This document shows positions 8,257 to 16,308 of a stretch of 32,000 bases of DNA, in pieces; position 1 is the first letter of the stretch, and every line of letters begins with the position of its first letter. The notes under the pieces were generated by a model. That model had not been told where the DNA came from, ran no database searches, and saw nothing but the letters and a program-made list of their open reading frames with translations. Source of the stretch: Candidatus Kuenenia stuttgartensis (GTDB lineage: Bacteria; Planctomycetota; Brocadiia; Brocadiales; Brocadiaceae). A program made the position numbers and the translations under genes. The DNA lies in NCBI RefSeq assembly GCF_900232105.1, contig NZ_LT934425.1:2700001-2732000 (forward strand), given 5' to 3'.

Positions 8257-8481
8257 ATGATTTATAAAGGGAAAATAATAACAGATCCGGCAATAATGCT
8301 TGGTAAACCTATAATTAAAGGGACGCGAATAACCGTTGAACATGTTCTGAGAAAGCTATCGGAAGGTATAACCGTAGAAGAATTATTAGAGGTATATCCT
8401 CATCTCACAAAAGAGGATATCCTGGCTGCTCTTTCATATTCCGCAGACGTAATTGAACTGGAGGAATTAATTGCCACTTAA
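8257..8481 (+). CDS. DUF433-family protein (antitoxin-like, HTH)
   Basis: The ATG at 8257 is preceded by GGGGAGG. The 74-aa product is MIYKGKIITDPAIMLGKPIIKGTRITVEHVLRKLSEGITVEELLEVYPHLTKEDILAALSYSA, which matches the DUF433 pattern (DP.I..GKP.I.GTRI.V..IL..L..G....EIL..YP.LT.EDI.AAL.Y). The track start at 8152 is probably too far upstream. Confidence 0.85.
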   Translation: MIYKGKIITDPAIMLGKPIIKGTRITVEHVLRKLSEGITVEELLEVYPHLTKEDILAALSYSADVIELEELIAT

Positions 8482-8710
8482 AATCCTTGCCGATGAAGAT
8501 GTTGATTTTCGGCTAATAAAAAATTTAAGGACTACTGGAAATGCCCACCCCAAATTGCTGTTCGGGAACGTAACGGCGCCGGAAACTACATCTGCGGGTT
8601 CAGGTTACAAACCTGGACCCGCCTGGAATCTTTTGAATGACAAATCCGTTTCAATCCTTTCAATAATTTCAGAAAGCTTCTTATCTCTTATTCATTTTAC
8701 TTCAATCTGA
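8471..8710 (+). pseudogene. Remnant of DUF5615 (PIN-like) toxin gene, truncated after ~23 codons
   Basis: A TTG start overlaps the DUF433 stop. The first residues, MPLKILADEDVDFRLIKNLRTTG, look like a DUF5615 N-terminus. The remainder translates a hairpin repeat (GSGYKPGPA) and runs antisense into the 3' end of the transaldolase gene. Confidence 0.6.
8594..8622. repeat. Hairpin repeat with CAGGTTWCAAACCTG core
   Basis: GCGGGTTCAGGT-TACAA-ACCTGGACCCGC forms a 12-bp stem with one G:T pair. The same core with different outer stem bases occurs at 28099-28123. Confidence 0.7.
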
Positions 8711-9339
8711 ATCCCTGTTCCCCCTGAGTTGAACTGACGCACCGCTTCTTCCGAATGTTCATGAATGCACAATGTGGATAATATGTTAAAAGGCAAGGTC
8801 AGATGGTCGGCGCCGCAAAGAAGCGAGCTGCTTGCTTCTTCAGAAGATTTGATGCTTGCCGCCAGAATTTCCGTGGTGCTACCGTGAAGTATCTTTGACA
8901 TTGCATTCAGAAGCGCAAGCCCGTCTCCTATCAACTTTGTTGCGCGGTTAACATACACCGCAATGTATTGTGCGCCTGCCTCACTTGCCACTAATGCCTG
9001 TGATACGCTGTATAGTGCAGTTACGCAACAGGGTATTTCTTTTGAAAGAGAATAAACTGCCTGAAACCCGGCGGCAACCGGAGGGATTTTCAGTACAAGC
9101 TGGTCGCCTGCAATCTCTTTTGCCATACGGGCTTCCTTATGCATGTCTTTACTATTAGATGAAATAAGCTGATAAAACAGCTTTCCCATATTGAGTTCTG
9201 CAAGTTGTGCTAATACGGATTCAGCCTTCCTGCCTGCTCCGGCAAGGAGCAAGGGATTTGTCGTAATTCCTTTAACCCATCCGAAATCCTTTGCTATCTT
9301 TGCTTCTTCCGGAGTGGCGGTATCTATAAATATTGACAT
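8692..9339 (-). CDS. Transaldolase-family protein (short TalC / fructose-6-phosphate aldolase type)
   Basis: 215 aa with MSIFIDTATPEE, GITTNPLLL, a lysine context LVLKIPPV and YIAVYVNR. Size and motifs fit the ~220-aa transaldolase/FSA subfamily. Confidence 0.85.
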   Translation of the reverse strand: MSIFIDTATPEEAKIAKDFGWVKGITTNPLLLAGAGRKAESVLAQLAELNMGKLFYQLISSNSKDMHKEARMAKEIAGDQLVLKIPPVAAGFQAVYSLSKEIPCCVTALYSVSQALVASEAGAQYIAVYVNRATKLIGDGLALLNAMSKILHGSTTEILAASIKSSEEASSSLLCGADHLTLPFNILSTLCIHEHSEEAVRQFNSGGTGIQIEVK

Positions 9340-9404
9340 AAATGATGTATATTAAAAACTGGGAACCCAAGGCTGGCATAGCCAGAACCAAACAAGTGCG
9401 AGAT

Positions 9405-9531
9405 AAAAAATACGAAGCACGAAATACGAAACAAATTCCCAAATCCTCCCCCTTGCCAGCTCCAAAGGGGGAGAATGTCCCCCGCTGGCGGGGGTGCAGG
9501 GGGTGGATTCGTATTTAGCATTTCGTATTTC
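9405..9531. repeat. Composite palindromic repeat element
   Basis: Two AAATACGAA units (9408-9430) are mirrored by two TTCGTATTT units (9508-9530). They bracket a GC-rich hairpin, CTCCCCCTT...AAGGGGGAG (9446-9473). They also bracket the 33-mer ATGTCCCCCGCTGGCGGGGGTGCAGGGGGTGGA (9475-9507), which recurs exactly at 23040-23072. Confidence 0.8.
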
Positions 9532-9728
9532 ACCATTAAATATTTTGCCAAAAAATGCAAAGAAATTACTGCTAAGGTACTAAAAAGGGGGGCTGAATCA
9601 TGGATTATTCACGTTACAATTCAAATCATTGTAAAATCACTGCCTATCAGATACAATGCCATATCATACCTTTTATACACTGTTGTGTAAACAATCACAT
9701 AATTTTTTAATTTCTTTCACTGCCCACT

Positions 9729-12560
9729 ATGTTTTGTACAATGCCAGCAGATTGTCTAAAATCTTCTTCTGAAATCCGTCAGTGGTATGAAGAGAAGTAT
9801 TACTCTCTTTCTATTGCAGGTCTTTGGTTAAAAGGCGGGGAGCCTAATACTATGTCCCCAGCCCTGTTTTCTGAATCTGAAGTGCGATTTCTTATATGCC
9901 GCCTGTCAACATACCGCGATGTGTCTGCTTCTATCTCCCACGCATTGATAGCGCAAATAGCACAGGAAACCGAAGGGGTCTTTACCGACTTTGCCTTTCT
10001 TCCGCCTCCCAAAGACCTGAAAATAATGATCGATGCAAAAATTCCACTTTGGGTGGGAACCACCACAAAGGAGCCGCCTTGTGCTTTTGACGTCATTGGT
10101 ATAAGCAACTCCTTTGTGCTGGAAATGCTTAATTTGCCCAAATTATTGCTCTTTTCAGGCATACCCCTTTATAAAAGCGAGCGCATTGATCAAAATACTA
10201 TTCCTCTGATTGTGCTGGGAGGCGCTAATGCTGCTGTTACCCAAACACTACACGGAACGGTGAATGAACAGGGCGGTAAAAATCATTACGGACTTGTGGA
10301 TGCTGTGTTTATTGGCGAAGGAGAGTACGCCGTAAAACAATTCCTTGAAATAGTAAAACAAGGAAAGGCACTTGGCTGGACAAAGGCAAGGATATTAAAG
10401 GAATGCCACGGCAAAGTAGACGGGTTTTATGAACCCGATAAATATGAACACCGCTATAAAACAATTGTACAAAACAATCTATCGGCACAGGAATTATCGG
10501 AAATTGCCCCGAAGGCGCCTTACGTATCCTGTCCGGTAAAGAGCGCCATAGTATATGACCTTGATCAAACACGGACGCTGGAATCAGGCCCGATATGGTA
10601 TGACCCTGAAAATTTGGGCAGCGGTAGTATACAAATCAGCAATGGATGCCCATGTTTTTGCTCGTTCTGTGCGGAAAGCTGGGAGCGGAAACCGTACAGG
10701 GAAAGATCGCTGGCAAAATTGTCAGAAAGTATGAAAAAGGCAAAGGCGCTTCAGGGGCTGGATACCATAAACCTCATGAGTTTTAACTTTAATACCCACA
10801 CGGAACTCTATCCCATGATCCTGTCGTTTTACCGGGAAATCACCAATGTAAATCTGAAAAGCCAGCGCTTCGACCTCCTCTCTACAGATAAATTCCTCGC
10901 AGAGGTGCAAAGAATCATTGGCAAGACTACGGTAAGCTGTGGTATGGAAGGCATCAGTGAACGATTGCGCCGTTACCTGCATAAGAATCTTACCGAAGAC
11001 CAAATATATACTGCCTGTGAATATTTATTCGAAAATGGTATGCGGGAACTCAAGATTTTTTTGATTTACACAGGACTTGAAAACAAAGAAGATCTTGAGG
11101 AATTCAGCAGATTTGTGGAAAGCCTCGCCGATTTAAAAAACCTCTCTCATTGCAAAACAAGGGTTATTTTCAGCCTGACGCGTTTGTACTATCCGCCACA
11201 CACTCCACTCCAATTCGATATTTGCAAGACAGCGCTTGAGGAAAATAAAAAGATATTTATTGCAATAGAAAATATATGCAAAGTCAACGCTATGGAATTT
11301 CGTGAAAGCGCCTCCCATGAAGATACCTGGCTGATGCAGCTCCTGGCAATGGGTGATCGCAGATTAACCCCCGCCCTTATACGTTCATCGATTGCCGATG
11401 ATTTTATTTATTACAATACGGTTCCCAAACAAGTGAAAAAGAACTGGAAAATATATTTAGAGGAGTCAGGTCTTTCAGAAAATGACTTTTTTCAAAAAAA
11501 GAGCGAAGAGCGGATACTCCCCTGGGATGAAATTGATACAGGCATTACTAAACATTTTTTATGGAAAGAATACGAACGTTCCATAAATTTTACCGAACAG
11601 GATTACTGTTTAGGCAGGGAGGGTATTGAAGTAAATTGTACTGGCTGCGGCGCATGCCCAACGGCAACTCATAAAAAAAGCCTGACCCAACACACCACTT
11701 TTCCTCCCTTTTTGCGGGAAGATATTAAACATGTTGCCGACGGCAAAAAAAATCAGATTACACTGCGGGTTATTGCCGAAATCGACCCTGTCCTGCGTTT
11801 AATCCCGAAACGTTTTATAGGGGTAGCTATTGCGCGTTCTCTTATGATGGCGCTGCCCCACATTACCCCTTATTATTACGCCTTATCAGGGTATATAGGA
11901 GAATTTATAGATGGAAAACCGGCGGTAGATTTTGCTTATGGCATAAATATCTATCACCTTTCTTTCCTTTCAAATGCCATCACAGAAGAAGCATTACAAC
12001 GGGAAACGCTCGCCGGGAAAATTGCCGGTATACAAAAATATTGTTCCGGCTTCAGCATACATGAACTCATACCTGAACCAACAGACAAATCAGACGTAAA
12101 ATTCATACTTTACAAAATGCAATTTCCACCGGATATTTCGGAGTCCCTTATTGAACAAACATTGGGGAAATACCTTCATGACACCTATGTAAAACATACC
12201 TTATTGAAAAGAGGCGGCGGCATTATATTTAAAGTAAATGAAAAGAGTAAAAAAAAGGCGTCTGTTATTTATGCCAGAATTGATGCATCCACAGCGGGGC
12301 ATGAAAACGGATTCCAACTCATCATGCTCGTAACACAACGCTTTGATTTCAGATCGTTTCTTGCGGCATGCTATGGGTTTGAAAGAAGGAGGGAAATCAT
12401 TCGTACAAAGATTGAAGCGTTAGGATATTACCGTAGAAAAATTGATCTAATAGAAAACAAGAAATGCGTGGTATGCAACAGTTTTATACATGAAGACACC
12501 TTTGCAGGTAAATCAGCGAAAGAAAATCAGTGTCTTGTTTGCAGTATAGATGCGGATTAA
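9729..12560 (+). CDS. Large radical SAM protein (B12-binding-like N-terminal region + radical SAM core + probable DUF2344-like C-terminal region + terminal zinc ribbon)
   Basis: 943 aa. The CX3CX2C motif is in ISNGCPCFCSFCAESW. The overall layout resembles the TIGR03960-type uncharacterised radical SAM family fused to its usual DUF2344 partner (recall, unverified). The C-terminus has CVVCNS...CLVCS (CxxC-N23-CxxC). Confidence 0.8.
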   Translation: MFCTMPADCLKSSSEIRQWYEEKYYSLSIAGLWLKGGEPNTMSPALFSESEVRFLICRLSTYRDVSASISHALIAQIAQETEGVFTDFAFLPPPKDLKIMIDAKIPLWVGTTTKEPPCAFDVIGISNSFVLEMLNLPKLLLFSGIPLYKSERIDQNTIPLIVLGGANAAVTQTLHGTVNEQGGKNHYGLVDAVFIGEGEYAVKQFLEIVKQGKALGWTKARILKECHGKVDGFYEPDKYEHRYKTIVQNNLSAQELSEIAPKAPYVSCPVKSAIVYDLDQTRTLESGPIWYDPENLGSGSIQISNGCPCFCSFCAESWERKPYRERSLAKLSESMKKAKALQGLDTINLMSFNFNTHTELYPMILSFYREITNVNLKSQRFDLLSTDKFLAEVQRIIGKTTVSCGMEGISERLRRYLHKNLTEDQIYTACEYLFENGMRELKIFLIYTGLENKEDLEEFSRFVESLADLKNLSHCKTRVIFSLTRLYYPPHTPLQFDICKTALEENKKIFIAIENICKVNAMEFRESASHEDTWLMQLLAMGDRRLTPALIRSSIADDFIYYNTVPKQVKKNWKIYLEESGLSENDFFQKKSEERILPWDEIDTGITKHFLWKEYERSINFTEQDYCLGREGIEVNCTGCGACPTATHKKSLTQHTTFPPFLREDIKHVADGKKNQITLRVIAEIDPVLRLIPKRFIGVAIARSLMMALPHITPYYYALSGYIGEFIDGKPAVDFAYGINIYHLSFLSNAITEEALQRETLAGKIAGIQKYCSGFSIHELIPEPTDKSDVKFILYKMQFPPDISESLIEQTLGKYLHDTYVKHTLLKRGGGIIFKVNEKSKKKASVIYARIDASTAGHENGFQLIMLVTQRFDFRSFLAACYGFERRREIIRTKIEALGYYRRKIDLIENKKCVVCNSFIHEDTFAGKSAKENQCLVCSIDAD

Positions 12561-12667
12561 ATGCCGCCTAATGAAAAATAATTACCTTGGGTTTTAAGGT
12601 ACTATGTTTGTAACTACACAGAGGGGGACGTTCAGTTGTTCTTATATATATCGGGGCGGGAAAATTG

Positions 12668-13930
12668 TCACGCCGTTTTCTTTAATTCCTGGGCAATCAA
12701 AGGTATCTTGCCATTCACAACGTCAGGGGTAACTAAAAAGGTTGAACCATTTTTACAGTCAGGCAAGTGATACATAGGATCTAACATAAAACTTTCAAAT
12801 ACAGAACGTAATGCCCTTGCGCCAGTTTCTTTTTTCAGCGCTATTTTACTAATTGCCATCAGTGCCTCATCGGTAAATTCCAGTTTAGCATTTTCCATTT
12901 CAAAGAATTTTTGGTATTGCTTTACCAATGCATTCTTCGGCTCAGTCATTACCTTGATCATATCCTGTTCCGTAAGCGGCAATAATGATACAATTACCGG
13001 CAATCTCCCCATAAACTCCACAATCATGCCGTATTCAATAAGGTCTTCAACTTCAACCTTATTCAGAAGAGCGCCCAGGGATGTATCATTATCGGAGGTT
13101 TCGTGAGTACTTTTTTTTGTATCAAATCCAATACTCGCCTTGCCAATCCTCCTCTTAATAATCTCATTAACGCCGCTAAAAGTTCCGCCGCAAATAAAGA
13201 GGATGTTTTTTGTGTCTATCTGTATATATTTTTGCTCCGGATGTTTTCTTCCCCCCTGGGGAGGGACATTCGATACCACACCTTCCAAAATCTTTAATAA
13301 TGCCTGCTGTACCCCTTCACCTGAAACATCCCGGGTAATGGAACTGCTTGCATTCTTTCTTGCGATTTTATCTATTTCGTCTATGTAAATAATTCCCTGC
13401 TGTGCGCGCTTTACATCAAAATCCGCATTTCTTAACAAACCCAGCAAAATATTTTCTACGTCTTCTCCAACGTATCCTGCTTCTGTCAGAGTTGTTGCAT
13501 CTGCAATAGCAAAAGGAACATTGAGCAGTTTCGCGAGTGTGCGGGCTAAAAGCGTCTTGCCGGAACCTGTAGGGCCAATTAACAGGATATTGCTTTTTTC
13601 TATTTCAACCTCATCATCCTTGCCTCTGTTGCTTGTTAGCAATCGTTTATAATGATTATATACAGCAACGGCAAGTGTTCTTTTTGCCTTTTCTTGTCCT
13701 ATGATGTATTCGTTTAATTTATCATTTATTTCCATCGGAGTAAGAATTTTGCCCGCCGGCCTAACATCGGCGACGGAGGCATGCTCTTTCTTAAACAACA
13801 TGTAGCATGTGTCAACACATTCATTACAAATAAAACTGTTCGCATTCCCCTGTATCAATCGCCCTATGGCTTCACGATTTCTACCACAAAAGGAACAGGT
13901 CATTTTATTATCAGCGGTCTTTTTTGCCAC
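12668..13930 (-). CDS. clpX: ATP-dependent Clp protease ATP-binding subunit ClpX
   Basis: 420 aa with a GTG start. It has the N-terminal zinc finger CSFCG...ICNECV, Walker A GPTGSGKT and Walker [10 protein letters not shown], and is full-length colinear with ClpX. Confidence 0.95.
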   Translation of the reverse strand: MAKKTADNKMTCSFCGRNREAIGRLIQGNANSFICNECVDTCYMLFKKEHASVADVRPAGKILTPMEINDKLNEYIIGQEKAKRTLAVAVYNHYKRLLTSNRGKDDEVEIEKSNILLIGPTGSGKTLLARTLAKLLNVPFAIADATTLTEAGYVGEDVENILLGLLRNADFDVKRAQQGIIYIDEIDKIARKNASSSITRDVSGEGVQQALLKILEGVVSNVPPQGGRKHPEQKYIQIDTKNILFICGGTFSGVNEIIKRRIGKASIGFDTKKSTHETSDNDTSLGALLNKVEVEDLIEYGMIVEFMGRLPVIVSLLPLTEQDMIKVMTEPKNALVKQYQKFFEMENAKLEFTDEALMAISKIALKKETGARALRSVFESFMLDPMYHLPDCKNGSTFLVTPDVVNGKIPLIAQELKKTA

Positions 13931-14219
13931 TTTAAAGCTTCTCCATAAAACGAAAAAGGTATATATGATACATAACGCAACTAAGCTGCAATCAGAAGGA
14001 GTTTTACCACGAAGAGTACGAATGGCGCGAAGAAAAACTTATAAAAAAAGTAGTTTTGTCGGGTAATACTATGAATGGTGAATGTAACAAACAATCAAAA
14101 AAGATGCAAATTTATTTTAATGGGTTAGTGGGAGAGATATCGTAACAGAAGGTGTTTATGGTTAAAGAATTCTTATTCCCCCACTTTTTTTGGCATTAGA
14201 TTATGATAAGGATTTGACC

Positions 14220-14248
14220 TTGACAAGATATTTTAATTGAAGTAGATT
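14220..14248 (+). promoter_or_regulatory. Possible sigma70 promoter upstream of the ferredoxin gene
   Basis: TTGACA (14220-14225), a 17-nt spacer, then TAGATT (14243-14248), about 60 nt upstream of the ATG at 14310. This is a pattern match only. Confidence 0.25.
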
Positions 14249-14309
14249 CATTTTAGGATTTATCATTAACTAAAACTTCTCATTATTTTTGATTGTTGCG
14301 GGATTTGAA

Positions 14310-14897
14310 ATGGGCGACTCTGATAAAATTGTTGACAGGCGACAGTTCTTTAAAGACTTATTTTATTATGTTGGCAACAAAGCCGCAGATTATACAAGCA
14401 AAAAAATCGACCGGATAATGCCAAAAGGGGATTATTTGCGTCCTCCAGGAGCAATAGAAGAAACGGAATTTCTCTCATTATGCACCCGTTGTGATGAGTG
14501 CATAATGGTTTGTCCCGCAAAGGCCATTAAGCGATACGAAGGGTTCATGGATGTGGCGATTGGCACTCCCGTTATAAAACCAAAGGAAAGTCCGTGTGTA
14601 TTATGTAACGGGTTATTGTGTATTGAGGCGTGCAAAGACGGCGCATTAAAGCCCGTCGATACTGTTACTCAGGTAAAAATGGGGATTGCACGTATCAATA
14701 AGTCACAATGCTTTGCATGGGACGACCAGGATTGTCACCTGTGTTATATTAAGTGTCCTTTACAGGATGAAGCCTTGTATCAGGAAGACGGCAAACCGGT
14801 AATTAACGAAGAAAAATGTGTCGGTTGTGGTATTTGCGAATACGTATGCAGTACGATAAACAGTACGTGTGCAATCAAGACGCTTCCGCAGGGTTAA
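14310..14897 (+). CDS. NapF/NapG/MauM-like ferredoxin with four [4Fe-4S]-type Cys motifs
   Basis: The track ORF starts at a TTG (14289) and the first ATG is at 14310. The four Cys clusters are CTRCDECIMVCP, CVLCNGLLCIEAC, CFAWDDQDCHLCYIKCP and CVGCGICEYVCS. The N-terminus has a DRRQFFKDL twin-arginine-like motif followed by LRPPGA, as in NapF-type proteins. Confidence 0.8.
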   Translation: MGDSDKIVDRRQFFKDLFYYVGNKAADYTSKKIDRIMPKGDYLRPPGAIEETEFLSLCTRCDECIMVCPAKAIKRYEGFMDVAIGTPVIKPKESPCVLCNGLLCIEACKDGALKPVDTVTQVKMGIARINKSQCFAWDDQDCHLCYIKCPLQDEALYQEDGKPVINEEKCVGCGICEYVCSTINSTCAIKTLPQG

Positions 14898-15062
14898 CGT
14901 CCGTAAAAAATATCATACCATTAACACACACTATGTTAGAAAAATGCGGAGAAAGATGCGGTATTTTTCTTTATTGGAACAGGTAATTTTTTCATCTCAC
15001 ACCAACAAATACGTTGTGCCATTTTTGGCGTCAGCGATTAGAACAAACTTATGAAAGGGGTA

Positions 15063-16019
15063 ATGATGTCTGACTGTAAGATACCGTTTACTTGTGAACT
15101 TTGTGATAAACAGTCTTCCTGCCAATTAGACCATATAGAACACAATAAGTGGGCAATCGCCCAACGCATGAAGGAGATTACCTACAAAATCGTTGTAATA
15201 AGTAATAAGGGCGGTGTGGGAAAAAGCACCGTCACTACAAATCTTGGCGTGACATTGGCTTTGAAGGGATACAAGGTAGGCGTTGCCGACGCGGATATAC
15301 ACGGGCCAAATATACCCATGATGCTGGGAGTAGAGGGACAAAGACTTAAGGGGACAGAAGAAGGCATACTACCGTTAGAAGTGCTCCCAAATTTAAAGAT
15401 TGCCTCTCTTTCCTTTCTCATCGAAGATCCCGCGCTTCCCATAATATGGAGAGATGCCGCAAAGTGGGATTTTTTATGTGAATTAATGGGAAGTATCTGT
15501 TGGGGAAAACTTGATTATCTGCTGGTTGATTTACCGCCTGGCACAGGCAACGAGGCCATTTCAATCATTGAACTTATTGGCAAAGTGGATGGTTCTGTTA
15601 TTGTCACTACGCCCCAGGATGTAGTTTTGCTTGATGTAAAGAAATCGGTTTATTTCTCAAGAGACAGCAATGTGCCGGTCATTGGCGTGGTAGAGAACAT
15701 GAGTGATTTAGTATGTCCCCACTGCAAAGGGCACATAGAAGTGTTTAAAACGGGAGGCGGCGAAAAGATTTGCAAAGAATTAGGATTGACATTTCTTGGC
15801 AAGATACCGTTGGATCCTGAAGTCACAAAGAAATGTGATGATGGCGAGGCATTTGTAACTGCTTTTCCTGATTCGGAAGGAGCAAAGGCCTTTAGCGAGA
15901 TAAGCAAAAAGTGTGAAGTATTTGTCAGAAAACAAACAGAAGAAAACACGGAAATAAGAGAATACAGGGAAGTCCCTTTTTTGGGTAAAGTACCTGTAGA
16001 CCCTAACTTTGTTGAATAA
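15063..16019 (+). CDS. apbC: Mrp/NBP35/ApbC-family Fe-S cluster carrier ATPase
   Basis: Deviant Walker A SNKGGVGKST, DLPPGTGN, ENMS..CPHC (CxxC) and an N-terminal Cys-rich stretch. Start choice: the ATG at 15063 follows AAAGGGG, whereas the track start is 15051. Confidence 0.88.
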   Translation: MMSDCKIPFTCELCDKQSSCQLDHIEHNKWAIAQRMKEITYKIVVISNKGGVGKSTVTTNLGVTLALKGYKVGVADADIHGPNIPMMLGVEGQRLKGTEEGILPLEVLPNLKIASLSFLIEDPALPIIWRDAAKWDFLCELMGSICWGKLDYLLVDLPPGTGNEAISIIELIGKVDGSVIVTTPQDVVLLDVKKSVYFSRDSNVPVIGVVENMSDLVCPHCKGHIEVFKTGGGEKICKELGLTFLGKIPLDPEVTKKCDDGEAFVTAFPDSEGAKAFSEISKKCEVFVRKQTEENTEIREYREVPFLGKVPVDPNFVE

Positions 16020-16308
16020 GGAATGCTGTCTGAGTAGTTGTTTATAATGACTCCGCCCATACTATTCAAATAATAAGCGTATTCCTCACAAAACATACTC
16101 CGCTAACAACTGCCCGCCGCAAAATAATGTTACCCTCCCGCTGATTTTAACCAGGATAACGTAGGAGGGGTTTCTTGCCCGACTTTCAGGATTAACGTGT
16201 TGCAAAAAACAGGTGTTTTTTCATATTTTTCTCCCGATCCATCTGAGCGTCACGATCATAAAAAGAGAGAGAGATAACGGATATTTTAAAACAAAAAAGA
16301 GACCTCTT

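Noticed and set aside
12561-12667. A bidirectional terminator between the convergent radical-SAM and clpX genes.
   Set aside because: Only a weak 6-bp hairpin (TACCTT...AAGGTA, around 12584-12602) is present, without flanking T/A runs. This is not enough to call.
12668-14309. clpX lacks an adjacent clpP, and a 360-bp AT-rich gap lies upstream.
   Set aside because: An unlinked clpP/clpX arrangement occurs in various bacteria, and clpP may be elsewhere in the genome. Nothing in the gap beyond promoter-like AT-rich sequence could be supported.
14310-14400. The twin-arginine motif DRRQFFKDL suggested Tat export of the ferredoxin.
   Set aside because: No hydrophobic h-region or AxA cleavage site follows the motif (LFYYVGNKAADYTSKKIDR). 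This is like the vestigial Tat-like motif of cytoplasmic NapF-type proteins, so I do not call a signal peptide.
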